From Sphyrna mokarran (lineage: Eukaryota): 64,000 nucleotides of DNA. The stretch lies in NCBI GenBank assembly GCA_024679065.1, contig JAGIQG010000007.1, forward strand, positions 65,224,001-65,288,000. The letters run 5' to 3'. Made by a program: the position numbers and the translations under genes. The notes under the pieces were generated by a model. It had not been told where the DNA came from. It did not search any database and saw nothing but the letters and a program-made list of their open reading frames with translations. This document shows positions 1 through 13,707 of the stretch, piece after piece. The first letter of the stretch is position 1; each line of letters opens with the position of its first letter.

Positions 1-480
1 ACAGAAATCATGTGAATAAGCGGACTGTACGAAGGTGCAATTTTGTTTAAATTATATGAAAAGGGCATTGATTCATTGTCCGTCACAGTCTCTATGCCTG
101 CTCTCAGGGACTATCCAATTTAGCATCGACAGATCCCCAACTAACAAATAGTTTCTCTCTACCTACCCTGATAGTCCCCCTTGATATCTTTCAAATGCAA
201 TGTCAGAAGAGATTACAAGTATAGCATAAGCTATAAAAATCGTAATACAGTAAAATAACAAAAAGTTTAGTCCTTTCTTTAATATAATGGTACTTTTGAA
301 CCGTTGTGAAAAAAACAGTTTTGTCTACCAACATTAACTCCACATTATACAACTGCACCTTGGCTTAGTATGTTGAAGAGAATTTGAAGCTTTTGTATTT
401 ATTTTGTGTGGTGAAGTAACCATATGACAGTTCTGATTCAGTTTGGACAGGAACTATAATAATTGGGGTTGGGAGAGGTT

Positions 481-496
481 GGGGGGGGGGGGGGGG
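481..496 (+). repeat. poly-G tract (G16)
   Basis: 16 consecutive G, preceded by ggggttgggagagg. Confidence 0.9.
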
Positions 497-639
497 TTCA
501 AAAATCCGTCATAGCATTTTCTGCTATGCCAGCTGCGGCAATATATATTTCCTATTTTTTTAAGTTGAATCTTGAATATGGCACCAATAATGGTTAGAAA
601 AAACAACTGTAAACTGCAGAGTATTTGGAATTCAGTAAA

Positions 640-1087
640 ATCTACCAAGAATCAATAGATAAGGGTCAGAAAGAAAAGGTCAAGACTTGGGTGTTTTTTT
701 TTACTGGAGCAGAAAAGTTAAGAGCGGGATCTAATAGAGTTTTCGAGAGGATCAATGGTGAAAGATTGTCTCCACTGGTTGACAAATCAGTAACAAAGAG
801 ATCTAACCTCAGTATTATCACTGCAAGAATGAAAAAGGAAGTAGAAAGATTTCTTTCTTACACAGATGGTTATTTCAACGTAGAAAGCTTTATTACTGCT
901 GGCTATTGAGGCTGACATTACATTTAAAAGGGAATCAAATATAGCTTTGAAAAGGAAGAGTATAAAAGGACACAGAGAAAATAGCCAAAGCAATTCAGAA
1001 TACAGGAAATGGTTCCAATAGAAAGGCTATCACTGGCATAACCATGATGGATTGAATGGTGCTATATAGTAATCAAATTCTATGATT
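640..1087 (+). mobile_element. Old CR1-clade LINE, 3' end
   Basis: Frameshifted remnant of the CR1 ORF2 C-terminus (LEQ..LR.DLIE...NGERL.PLV..SVT.R.NL), ending in a ttctatgatt tail. Confidence 0.75.
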
Positions 1088-3504
1088 AATTGCCAAAAGT
1101 ATTCCCCCAGCAAATATTTCATAAACTTGAGAGGGTAAATAAAATCACTGGAAGATATGAAATATTATTTATTGCAATACCTGACATTATCTAAACAGGG
1201 ACATCTCATTGTAATTCACTGACGGAAGACTGCACTGTCATTGCAAAACAAGAATGCTATCAGTCAAAACAGGTTGGAAAGCTTTTTCGTAACATTCCTT
1301 TGAATTGGGAAATAGGAGTTGCTTTTTTTTTCTTAACAATGGATGGAAAGTGACGATAAGCTGCAGCTTGATTTGCTACGACTGGTAGGAATATCAAAAC
1401 AAACATGTCAGCCATCATGAGGTATGTGTAGTTCATCGCCTTTCTCATCAGCACAGTCACTGCAACATCACAAACAGACAGCCCGCTCTTGTCGCTGGGA
1501 CTTTAAGGGAAGGAATGTTGAAGTAGACTATTTAAACACATGGCTTTTCTTTTAAAAAACGAATATTAGCCCTAGGACAATATTTATTTTCTCACCAGTA
1601 TGGAAGTGCTTGGCCTGTCTCTCCTTTGTTGCTACACTGCTCCGTTTATGTTACTGATAGGGAATTTAGCCATGCTTCTCCATGGAAAATAATAAGAATT
1701 GTGTTTCCCCAACAACCTGGGAGCAACCCAACCCCAAGGAAACCACAATTATGTAGAACTCCCAGAGAACAGGAAGGTTTTCAAGTGTCCTGATAAATGC
1801 AAAGTAGCTACTTGATTCATTTTTTGTAAGAACTCTTTTTTCTCCCACGTTTGTTTGCATGAGTTGATAGAAAAAGAAGTAAATCTAATATAAGATTACT
1901 TGTGACATAAATAAATTAACTTTAAACTGAAGGCCATGGGCATTCAAATGAATAGAAGAGACATAGACCTAGAGCTGAGGGCCAGAGTTTCATGTTTGAG
2001 GTAGGAATCAGAAGTCAGAACATTTTCTGAAGAGGTAATCTTACCCTGCAGTGCCATCAGGCGGTGTTTACATCCAGTTGGCCAGGGTGGCCAGGAGTCG
2101 AACCTGAAGCTTGCTGAGACGTAGTCAGCCAGAAACCTAGACAGTCAGGTTAAAACAGCTGCTTCCAGTTGCAGAGACATCAGTCCAAATCTGCAGATCA
2201 CTGCGAAACCCTACTTTCTTCACCTATCCCAACAACTTCCTATCTCCTCAACCCGTACCCTCAACTCACCCCTATACTCCTCACCCACAACCCCATCTCA
2301 TGCTGCTCAACCTACTACAAACAGATCTCACAAGTGTTATCATAACGTTTAAAAGTCTTTGAAAAGATTATAAATCTGTCAAAATAAACACGCATAATTT
2401 GAAAAACTATCAAAAAGTTATACTTCTCAGAAGTTCAGATTCATCAAAATAAACAAAGAAGACTTGATAACACTTTTAAAAAATCATCTTCGGAAGTTCA
2501 TAATCTTAAATACTTAAATTTGCACTTTCCTAGATAGCTGTGTAAACAAAACTTGCTGAGCAGAATCTAGTAGGGATTAGAAAAGAAACAAAGATATAAA
2601 ACTAACATTCCCCTAAACAAATGTCTAAACAAACGCTACTGTGAAAAATTCATTAAAGCCTTTAAAGATAGTTAACGCCTTAGACATTTGTCAAAGTTTT
2701 GAACCAGCCAAACAGATGGCAAAGTTGAATTTCAAGGGAAAAATGAAAGCAATGTGACAATTAATTCTGGATTTCAAACTGAGCAAGTCTTTCAATATTG
2801 TACAGTATAGAAATTCACAATACCTAATGGTTAATGTATCTGAAAACGTTTCAATTTTCACAATGCTGTTCTTTCACTTGACAGTTTTCCAGTTGTTGGA
2901 AATAACAACCTGACAACCAAATTAATAATGGTCATTTGCATTTTCCAATTACATCTGTAATCAATCACCTTAAAAGTAGGCAATCTACAACATTTCACAA
3001 TGACCTGTGAAATAGGCAATACTATTTCCACTGACCCTTCATATGATTCCTGCTATCAAACCATGGTTCACCCATAGTTCAGGCTAGCTCTGGAGTGATT
3101 TTTATTGCCTAACAAAACTTGTTTGTCTTCATCATAATTGTGAAGTTCCAAGATGTTCACGTGTACAATGGTTCCAGAAACACTGAGACAGCAATGTGAG
3201 AGCTTCTGACTGCCCAACCCCCACTCCCTTCTTTCCTGCACTGATAAATATTGTGGGTGCCAAAAAAATTAGAGAAGGAAATATAGCTCCTGCCACCATT
3301 GTTAAAGTCTGCCTGACGTGCCCCGGCTTTGCACTGGGACTGCAAACTCCTGCCCTAGATCCTTCTCTGAGATTTTCTGATAATGGAGGAAGATTTTGTG
3401 AAAGGACTAAAAATCTGTGACCTGGGAGGAGCTACACAGTTAAGAAAAAGCACTGTGCTACTCTACAATGAAAGAGAATGGAAAGTTTGTGCAAAGTTTC
3501 AATA

Positions 3505-3875
3505 AAAAGAAAGACTTGCATTTCATGACCACTGGATGTCTTAAAGCCATTACAGCCAATGGATATTTCTGAAATGTTAGCACTGAAATAATGTAGCAAA
3601 ACATGGCAACCAATTTAGATGCATAAAAATCCCATAAGCAGCAATGTGATAAGGACCAGATAATCTGCTTTTGTGATGTTGACTGGGGATAAATATTAAT
3701 GGTGATAATTCCCCTCCCTGACTTTGTACTAATGCCATAGGATCTTTAATGTTCACCCAGGAAGGTAGATGGACCTCTGCTGTGGCTAAATTGAAAGACT
3801 GCACCTCTGTAGGAACAGCACTCACTCAGTATTACACTGCAGAGTCAGCTTTGATTCTTGAGCTTAAGTCCTAGG
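3505..3875 (-). mobile_element. Deu-domain SINE (SacSINE1-like)
   Basis: Reverse complement contains the Deu-type blocks aaagatcctatggcatt, atatttatccccagtcaacatcacaaaagcagattatctggtcc and cattggctgtaa, plus the tail atgcaagtctttctt. Confidence 0.8.
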
Positions 3876-3907
3876 ACTGAAATTTCCCAGCCCATTGATG
3901 GGCATGA

Positions 3908-4247
3908 GGACACAGTGGCAGAGTGGTTAGCATTGCTGCCTCACAGTGCCAGGAACGCGGGTTCAATTCTGGCCTCAGGTGACTGTCTGTGTCAAGTTTG
4001 CACATTCGCCCCATGTCTGCGTCAAGTTTGCACATTCGCCCCATGTCTGCATCGGTTTGTTCCAGTTTCCTCCTACAGTCCATCAATGTGTGGGTTAGGT
4101 TGATCAGCCATGCTAAACTGACCCTAGTGTCAATGGGATTGGCAAAGTAAATATGTGGGGTAATGGGAATGGAGCCTGGGTGGAGTGTGGTTGGTGCAGA
4201 CTCAGTGGGTCAAATGACCTCCTTTTGCACTGCAGAGATTCTGTGAT
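3908..4247 (+). mobile_element. HE1-type V-SINE, full length, with an internal 30-bp tandem duplication
   Basis: tRNA-like head (tggcagagtggttagc...gggttcaattc), V-domain, CR1-like tail. The 30-mer gtcaagtttgcacattcgccccatgtctgc occurs at both 3991-4020 and 4021-4050. Confidence 0.9.
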
Positions 4248-4899
4248 AAACTGGGAGGTGGGAAAACTGGCAAAATGCCAGGGGGAAGCATCAGGAAAGA
4301 ATCCTAACATTTTCCCATTACCATACTATATTACCAAGATCAGAAAAAGTGGTGGCATGGCTATACTCTGGGCAGCCAAAGTTACTTCAGTGGATATTTA
4401 GAAACTACTTTCCACCTGTGTCAACATATATCCCTCATCAGGATAGCTTACTGCATTGTGAAGTGGCCACCAGGATTTACCTGGAAGCCTCACAACGGGT
4501 TCCAGTGGTAGTAGGATCTCATTGATGGGTGCTCCGTAGTTCCAAGCATGTGCATAAATTGAGGCCATGGAAGCTGGAATGGAATCATGTTTTTTAAATT
4601 GAAATTGTAGAGGGAGTCAGGTCACGATAGAATGATGAAGATATTAGGTTAGACAAGTAATTTTGAATATCTGCAGGATCCCTCTAAATGTTCAAAATCT
4701 ATTGACAGAAAACGTTCCCTCCATTGATTAAAGAAATGTGGTGGAATTTTAACAGGGCAGATTGTAGGAGCAGCAGATTTGATAGGTCAACTGACCTATT
4801 CACACTTAAAATTACTTTCAACAATAGCAACAATTTACTTTTCCATAATATCTTTAATGTGGAAAAAGATCCAAACATTTTTCGCAAAGAAAAATCGAT

Positions 4900-5250
4900 G
4901 CTAAAACAAAGCCAGGAGGCATGACCAAAAGAACTTCACTGAGATAAGTTTTAAGTAGAATGTAAAAGGAGATTGAGGGATTTTAAGGGTGAACCTCCAA
5001 AAACTGGAACCTAGGGTGTAAAGGCATGGCTGCCGTGGTAAGGACGAGATATAAGGAAGAGACCATTAGGGGGGCTGTAGATTATGGAATAGGAAGGTAG
5101 AGTGGAGCAGGTTAGGAAGTTAGGAAGGAGTAAGGCCATAGAGGGATGTAAACACAATGATAACATTTTTGAAGGTTTAAGGAATCAAAAGTTGAAGTGG
5201 CATTGATTTATCTCAAGTAGGAACAGACTGGCATTAATGTTTAGGAAATG
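4900..5250 (-). mobile_element. Degenerate L2-like LINE fragment
   Basis: Purine-rich plus strand with aggccatagagggatgtaaacacaatgataacattttt, typical of antisense L2 ORF2 ends. Heavily decayed. Confidence 0.4.
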
Positions 5251-5282
5251 AACTGATGCAGGGAAAGATGCAAGATGAGGAC

Positions 5283-5559
5283 AAGGACAAGGGCAACAGA
5301 TATACGAGAACACCACCACTTGCATGTTTCCCACCAATCACTAACCATCCAGACTCGGAAATATATCACCATTCCTTTGCAGTCACTGGGTCAAAATCCA
5401 GGAATTTCCTCTCTAATGGCATTGTGGGTCAACCCACAGCACCTGGACTGCTGAATTTGAAGAAGGCAGTTCACCACCACTTTCTCAAGGGCAACTAGGG
5501 ATGGGCAGTAAATACTGGCCAGCCAGTAACACCCATGTCCCACAGATGAATTAAAAAAA
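5283..5559 (+). mobile_element. CR1/L2-group LINE 3' end
   Basis: ORF 5256-5498 ends HPDSEIYHHSFAVTGSKSRNFLSNGIVG...KKAVHHHFLKGN*, a SF....WNSLP-type LINE C-terminus, followed by a short 3' UTR and an A-rich tail. Confidence 0.75.
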
Positions 5560-6930
5560 CATGAGGCTGGCTTCCTTTCAAAAATGCTAAGAGATGATAT
5601 CAGTATTGACATAACCAAAAAGGAAAATGTTGGTTCTCACACTCCTGAGGAATGCATGGGGCAGGTTGTATTTTTATATGAGATTGCCAAACATTGTAAA
5701 GCTCAGATGAAATCCACTTAACATTGCACTCATTGATTTTTCATAAGATTTTGAATGCAGCACCTCATGTGGCAGTCATTGAAGAAGCTGGAAGCTATGG
5801 GCATACATGACCCATGTTTATTCCAGCTCCAAGAAATGCAAATAATGTCTAAGACTACAGAAGTGAAAAGTACCTACAGTTGATGATCATCTGAGATAAC
5901 ATGTTCTGCTAAACATCTGACTTGACTATTTCCAAAATGTTTTGTTCTACTTCACAATTACAGTGATTCTGGAGCTGATATACTTTACAAGTCTTTGTGT
6001 TATGCTACTTCAATCTGAACTGTGATTTTTGAATTAATGAACATTGTTTCTTATTTAGAACATGGACAGATAAGTTTGTTCTCTTAATATAAACAGCAAT
6101 TATTTTCTATTTGATTTCCAAAATCTGCCCCCCGAAAATTCATAAATGCTGACAACATCTACCTTGCAACTGAAGCCCCTGACTTCAACACCTTGGACTG
6201 GATCTAAAGGACAATGCTGGGCCCAGTCATGAACACAAACATGAACACAACACACACACACACATAAGCACACAGTGTTGACTCCCAGCTGAATGGTACC
6301 ATGAGTATAATTGCCGGAAGACACCAATCCCTTAGCTCCCCATGCGAGAAAATACCACTCCTCCGTATATCGGCCGACTTGTGATAATTCCATGATAGAA
6401 AAAGTTCACAATTTGCTCCATCAGTCCCATCAAGAAGGCTGATCTGGAAACACAGAACTTCAACACAAATTCCACCTGTACAAGTGAATGTGAACCTCTG
6501 GACATGACAAACAAGTACTTGATTTCAAACACAACTCGCAGCTGCTAGTTTCAGCATTCCAAGGAATGAGTGCTCACCTTCAACAAGTTCAGGACCTGTT
6601 TGGCCAACCTCCGCAGATAAGGCATTAGTGTCACCTGCTTATGTGTCTATGGCAGAGAGCAAACAATGCACTAAATTATAGGAAGAATTTCCAATCCACA
6701 GACCCAGAGGAAGCCTATCTGCACTCAACACAGTGGGCCAGGCCCACTGGATCAGGGACTTTGCAAAGTCTAAATAAACAAAATAATTTCAATTTCACTC
6801 TTTCCAAAATGGAACAAGTATAATTCTCTCAGTACTTAATTTTAAGGAACAAATCTCACCACTATGAAACTGCGTTTAAAATCTGAATAACCAAAGTATC
6901 GTGATGGTTTGTATAACGGCTCAATACAGA

Positions 6931-7095
6931 TCCTCCCATAATCCAAATGATGTGCTGGTTAGGTGTATTGGCTATACTAAATTCTCCCTGAACAGATCTA
7001 ACAGGCGCCAGGGTATGGCGACTAGGGGATTTTCACAGTAACTTTATTGCAGTGTTAATGTAAGCCAATTTGTGACCAGCAACTAAACTTTAACT
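6931..7095 (+). mobile_element. 5'-truncated V-SINE with an alternative 3' tail
   Basis: V-domain (tcctcccataatccaaatgatgtgctggttaggtgtattggc...ctaaatt) joined to ggcgactaggggattttcacagtaac...taaactttaact instead of the HE1 tail. Confidence 0.7.
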
Positions 7096-8630
7096 TCAGA
7101 TCATGACTGAAATTCTTCAGCCATTCACATCCCCTGCCACTGCCAGAGAATACGAAGAATTTGGCGATCAGTCAAATCTCTGTTCACTACACTGGGCTGG
7201 GAGAATCCCATTTATGTAAAGGCTGTATAATTCCGCCCCATATGTTTCCTTTTCGCTACTCTGAGTTCTTATGGCTTTGTTCATATATTTCGTTCAACAT
7301 ATATGTAAATTTATATAAAACCTAATGTATATTTTGACATTTTATGAACAACAAAATTCCAATGTGATTTATACTCTACACTAAACGTGAGTGCAAGCTT
7401 TCTTTGCCTACTTTTTCCCCACATATTTGGTTCACTATCCTAGTTTCCTCCTCTTGACATGGTTTCTTGTTGGAATATAGTACCAAAGTTGATAGATAGA
7501 TGTAAATGAGTCATGGAATTTGGATGTAGCAGAATTACCAGGTTTTCTCTATTTTGGTAGAGAAATATTACTGTACACCCTGATTACATGCAAAGAAATG
7601 CACAGGAAATTCCACTTCAGGCTGTTGGAGTAGGTAGCTCAAATCATGTTGAATAATGGAGTGGAGACCTTCATGTAATCAAGTAGTTTGAATTAGTAAA
7701 GAATCACAAATTGATAAAATAACACACCCAACTATCAGTTTTGTACTTTGTACAATGACCCCGAAAAACAATTTCCATATCTTTCATATCTCTCTCTTCT
7801 GCATTAGCTCGGGTTCTCTCTTTTTCTGTCTTTGCCTTGAATTATCTTTCTCATTTAGTTCTATCCACCTCTCCAATAATCTCTTTCCAGCTCTTATCTT
7901 TTCTTACATTTAAGTTTTCACCAAAGGCAGGAAGTTTAGAATTGTACCTATTGGACTTTATTCAGTTCCAGACTGCAGATTCCTAAGACAGAGCTTTATA
8001 TCAGCGAGTTGATCACTAAACAACAAATGTGTCTTTGCACAACATGCTGGCAAAACAGGCTGATGATTCAGCACAGGACAACAATAAAGGCCAAGCTGGC
8101 AGCACTGCTAGTTTTCACAGCAATGGCAAATTGGATGATGCCTGCCTCCCATTTTCAACCATGTTACTCTCATTTTCCTGTTAGCAACAGAATTAAGTTC
8201 CAACTGGAATGGAAGGATAAATCCTAGTGCTTCCACCGTGCACTGTTTGATTGTGATTGTTATTTCCCCACTTGTGAGTTAGCTGTTACTTCTTAAGGAG
8301 CATTGAAAGCAGACAAAAGTTTGCATTGCCCTGATTTCAATGATCCCTTGTTCTACAATGATGGGAGGATGACACCCACACAACTTGCAGTCTGAACAAG
8401 TATTGCGAGATACAAAGTTTTCCTCTTTGAATGGCTGAGGCCAATCTTAGCACTCCAGCTAATTCTACAGATTGGAAATCAAGGTTACAATATTTTATGG
8501 CAAGATAGTTTTATTTTTTGCCCAAGTCTATGATTTTCTTCCCTCCTGCTCTCTGATGATAACTAAATTGCAATAACACTGAAAGAACCCAAGACAACAT
8601 AAAATTGTAAAATTGTAAACTGCAAGGATG

Positions 8631-8920
8631 GGGCAGTGAAAAAGTGGTTAGCATTGCTGCCTCACAGCACAAGAGACCCAGGTTCAATTCCAACCTTGGG
8701 TAATTGTCTGTGTGGAGTTTGCATGTTCTCCCTGTGTCTGCATGGGTTACCTCTGGGTGCTCCGTTTCCTCCCACACTCCAAAGATGTACAGGTTAGGTG
8801 AATTGACCATGCTAAATTGCCCTTTAATGTCAGGGGGGTTAAGGGGATAGGCCCTGGGTGGAATTGTTGCTGGTGCAGGATCGATGGGCTGAATAGCCTC
8901 CATTGTGACGTATGGATTCT
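8631..8920 (+). mobile_element. HE1-type V-SINE
   Basis: agtggttagcattgctgcctcacagc...ggttcaattcc...gtttcctcccacactccaaagatgtacaggttaggtg...tcgatgggctgaatagcctc. Confidence 0.9.
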
Positions 8921-8962
8921 TTAATTCCAGAATCATTTCAACAGCTGGTTGAGCCGGGTTAA

Positions 8963-9515
8963 TGGGCAGAATTTTACACAATGCCAGGATTCAAGCCAAT
9001 CACAGCCAGGATGTCGAAGGGCAACCTACGCTTGCAGATTGTCCTGCAGCCTTTAATGCTTAGTGGGGCACTGACTGATTCTGGATGAACCTTCTGCCCC
9101 ATCTGAGGAGGGCATCCTACCACCAATCAGATAGGCAGTGACTCTCTGGTCCCGCCAATGACAGCAGGAGCAACGGCCACTGTTGGGACTGTGTATAGTC
9201 TTCAATAGAATTCATTTCTGCAGTCAAATAGGAAAATAAGATGGGAGGGATAGTTACTGCGAGGCAAGGCTTTCAGGCACTGGCAAGGAGATGGAACAGT
9301 TGTGGGGGGGAATGGGGAGCTGAGATAGGCAAGTCAGAGAGGGAGAGAAAATACAAGGATGGGGTGGTAGGGGTGGTGGTGGGAGAAGGTCTTTGGCTCA
9401 CAGGTGTCTATAGATGACGTATCCCACCTCCATGCCTGACATCAGTCCAAGCAATGAGAGCTACCAGACATCCCACTTGATGCTGGCACTCTACCAATGC
9501 AGGTAAAATTGTAGT
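8963..9515. mobile_element. Non-autonomous DNA element (MITE-like)
   Basis: Left end gggcagaattttac, right end gtaaaattgtag; these are degenerate inverted termini of the type seen repeatedly in the window. Confidence 0.45.
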
Positions 9516-9899
9516 GGCAGCAGGAAGAGACCTGTGCTCCACTCAAAATTACATGGGATGGGAAGTTAAGTGCTGGAAATGGTATTGCACCCAAATTTAT
9601 GATGCATCGCGCGCCTGCCAACTTGCTCCCAAAGAAGCAAAAAGTTCTGCCGCACCAAAAATTAAAATGTGTCAAGGGGTGAGTATTGAACGAGCATGAG
9701 AGCAGGAGAGAATCATGCCCATTTTTGGGCGAACTCTCAGACATTATCTCAAGGAAAAAGAAATGAGGCAAAGTGTGATTCTCACCAGTAGAGAAAATGG
9801 ACAGTTTATTCACAATGGGAAGCCAGCTAATGGCTGCTAGAGGGTGCCATTGCACACGCACCTGATCTCCCAATGCACTATGTACATCATGGCCTCTTG

Positions 9900-10310
9900 A
9901 GATCATTCAACGATTTAGACTCCACTGAGCCATGGGGCAGAAAATTCCACAAATTCACCATTCTCAGCAAGAAGTAGTTGCTCCTCACTGTAGCCTCTCA
10001 ACCTATACCTATGACTACTTGCTCTAGATTACCATAAGAGGAAACATTTGGTCAACATTTACTTTATCAATCCCTTTTAAAGTTTTATATACCTTGATCA
10101 GATCTCCTCTTACCCTTCTAACTCCAGTGAGTACAAGCCCAAACTGTTTAATCTCTCTTCATATGTCATCCTATTGATCCCCAGAATCAATCTGGTGAAC
10201 CTCCAGTGTCACCACATCCTTTCCCAAATAAGGAGACCAAAACTGGACACAATACTTCAGATGTGGTCTCACCAACACCCTATACAATTGCAGCAACACT
10301 TCTCTATGCT
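9900..10310 (-). mobile_element. CR1-clade LINE ORF2 C-terminal fragment
   Basis: Reverse strand encodes LYRVLVRPHLKYCVQFWSPYL and LEG.RGDLIKVYK-like CR1 motifs. Confidence 0.85.
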
Positions 10311-13300
10311 TCTCTTCAGAGAAGTAGGCATATTATCTATCCAAGTCTTGCATCACTTTGTCAAAAAGAGCATGGGTGTGTGTTTCACACTGTCATTTCA
10401 AAAGCCTAAAGACACCAGCTGTACAGAGATTGGGGTGCCATTATAAAACAGTGTTCCAATCAAAGCAAAAAATAACATCCCCTTCCCAACCTACCATGGA
10501 AGTACCAAGGGCTCCCCGCAAAACTCCCCCACCCCAACTCTCAAAATAATCATCGCCAACATCTCCCTCTCCCTCCTCCCACACTCTTCTCCCAGTCAGC
10601 ACTGGCATCACCTCTCACCTTCAGAACATGCTGTGTCCCCCTGACACTGTGCAAACCTGTGCCAGAAAAATGCCAGATGGCAGTGTACAGGCATTTCTTT
10701 CTCTCCCAGGGTTACAATTACATTTGCGCCCCTGGGATTGGGGGGGTAAGACACTGCGACAGTTTTACATATGGGTAAACTGTTGTAAACCATGCCAATG
10801 GGACATTGCATCGACAAGGCATGAAAGTACTTTGTGAGGAAAATATGGCGGGGGAGCGGGGGGGGGGCAAATGCCTGACAATTATATTAAAATTTATGCA
10901 AACATATTAAAATAAGATTCTCACCCCTTGTGATGTCACCAGTAAGGAGTGGAAAGTAAGGAAAATTACGAAATGTAATCTATCTGGAGAGAACTGCATT
11001 TCCCGATTCTCCCCAGATTTTCAGTCTGCGTCACCGTTCTCTTTGATGGCAAACACGGGCTGAAAATCAGCCCCTGTGTATTGCACAAAGTGCTTCCTTA
11101 TTGTCATAATCCTGTACTTTCCATTCAGATTCGGGTTATATGAAGAACATATTCACTTTCGCTACTTATTATTGGATGAATTCTAACATGCCCAACAAAT
11201 CTTGCCTGTCTTAACCTGATATGTTGATTACAGTAATCTATTGAAATTGCTGAATTTGTGTAAGATGGAAAATAATTTTCAGAAAAGAAACTTTTACTAA
11301 CGTCTATCAAAAATGCTGATCAACTGCAAGTGTTTCAGTTGAAAATTATGGCATTTGACGGAAACCATATACTGCATAAAAAAGCTTTTGATTCTATTAT
11401 TAACCAATCCAGCTCAGAATGAGTAAAGATAACATGCCACATGGAAGCACCAGTCCCACAAATCTTAAGGGTGTTTCATTATCAGCAAGCCACAGTTGAG
11501 ACTTCTGTGCAGCCACACTGACAAAATGCATCCTGTCTATTCCTTGGAAATATACTGTGTCACCATATGTTTTCACTAATGTAGTTACATGGTGAACTTT
11601 ATTCCTGAAAATTTATTACGAAACAATATTTAAGAAATGCAAAATGTTTCTACCATATGAATAAATGTCTTAACAGTTTAAAAAATATGTAGAAAAATGT
11701 ATGGTAAGAAAAACTGAACAACAGTGCTTTGCTAGGTAATATATTTTAAGGTATGCAATAGTCAATGCTTTTTAATTTCAGTTTATAGATAGTTATTGAT
11801 AATGTAATTTCAGCAGAATGGGAATTTATTAAATCCAAATGTTCTCTGGAGACAACTTTACAATCTTATGGATTACAAGTAAAACTATTCTGGGTGAAAC
11901 AAGAATATTAACACTGCCCGATTGCTATTATTGCTCGGATTTTTTTTACTTGGTGTCTACTTTCTAAAAAAATAAAGAGCTCTGTATAAATAAAGCCAAA
12001 ATAAAAGGCCCATTCTAATGGTAATATGGATTGAGGTAGCATGCATTCGATTCCAAGTTTCTAAAGGGGCCCATTTCAAGGGGCTTTCACATTGATCAAA
12101 ATAGCCTGGAGCTTAACATCTCATCTACTTAAAGTCAAACCAAGTCCTGCTTATATTGAACAAGTTTATATTCATCTCAGCATTAAAATAGTTATACTCC
12201 ACATTTCTCTGCCTTCTCGCAAAATCAGGACAATAATCTTTTCCCTACAACTGTTACTGAAAATGTCCGATCCACATTTTCTACTAAATCTAGATCACAA
12301 ATTAACAGTTATTTCTGAATTTATATAGGCAACTAGAGATGGGGCGTAGATCAATGGGGAACGGCATACACTTAATGTACAAAGTTAAATAAATTTAACA
12401 TGGCTCATTGTTACATGCAACAAATTGAATTCCATTTCAAAGTATAGGTTTTTCCCTTTGGGTTTAATTATTTTCTTGAATATTAAGTAAGGAATAGCTG
12501 ATACCTATCCTAAATCACTGACAAACAATCATAGTACCAGAATATACTTACTCAAATTAATTACCATGACCATTAAACAGTTTTTGTTTCTTTTCCTCAC
12601 ATATATATTTACTTTCATTTATTAACACAGCCACTGAGTTTCGTTTTTGAACACAAAGCATTTAAACTGTTTGCTTGAGCAGTGGTTAATATGAGAAACA
12701 TTACAAACTGTTTGACTTTCACAGCCTTAATGTTAATAGAAGATTGTGTTTTTAAATCTCAAATATCCCCTCTACAACGCTCTTCTCCACAGGTAGAAAG
12801 GAACATCTATTTGAATTGTTTTCAGAAGCAATGAAATCAACCTGAAAAACAAAATTGTATAACTGCTTTTATATGTATTTGTCTAATTTTCAGATAGCTG
12901 TGACTAATGCATGAAACCTATTCTTTTTTCTCAGTAGCACTAGATTTCTAATGATCAATGAATTATTTCTGAGTTACAATAGGACTGCATACACCAAATT
13001 TGAATCCATTTTGTCAGCTTTCTTTCTATCAGTGCCCTTGAAGCTCCAAAATGGTGCACGTGGTCACTTAAGGTGCAAGTCATGCTGCATCGTATATTGA
13101 AAATGTTAGTCTGCTTGCAGTGAACATCACAAGATGCATGCAGTTTAAACATATAATGATGTTAATCAACTTGTTTGACACAAGCAATGGCACTGGAGCT
13201 CAACACTCCAGCTAATGCCCTATCTTAATCAACTACTTTCAGGTTAGATGCTGATTAATTTCTATTGGCTTTTGCTATGACAGTACAAATTTTTGATACT

Positions 13301-13707
13301 TTCTACAATTCTTGAAGAGTGTATACAGAGTGCTGTGACGGGTGCTGAAGAATCTTGTCCTGATTTCAAACTTTATATATAAGTTCGCTGCTTTCAGATA
13401 TGGGTGCACTGTTAGGCAAAATCCTTGGAAAACAACATTACTTGGAGAGTGAACAGAGGGCTCACTGGGCAGAACAATCTGCTGGAAAAGTAAGGATAGG
13501 AGAGGAAAGGCGTTCTGTGGGAGGTCTAACCATCCAGAATCGTTCAGGTAGCAATTCTACTTGAAACTCAGCAAGAATCCATGTGCGAGATATTTGTACT
13601 CTACCAACGGTGTACTCACTAAAGCCTGCACCTCCTGCAGCCACAACTGCAACGGGGCTAGGGCCCATTGCCAATGACTGTGATAATGACGCTGGCAATA
13701 AGCTTTC

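Noticed and set aside
1405-1430. Plus-strand ATGTCAGCCATCATGAG|gtatgt as a first coding exon
   Set aside because: Antisense to TOX, only about six codons, no downstream partner exon found; expected by chance.
3908-3985. tRNA gene
   Set aside because: The A/B boxes belong to the HE1 SINE head and continue into the V-domain; I see no complete cloverleaf. The same applies at 8631, 23872 and 46566.
3991-4050. CRISPR-like direct repeats
   Set aside because: Two adjacent units with no spacer, inside a SINE, in eukaryotic DNA, with no cas genes.
6130-6620. Possible Tx1/L1 or other LINE remnant around a short (CA)n
   Set aside because: No diagnostic motif could be read in any frame.
8511-8981. 156-aa minus-strand ORF
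   Set aside because: Antisense translation of an HE1 SINE; the same HADTGR.CKL.TD peptide appears at 3871-4086.
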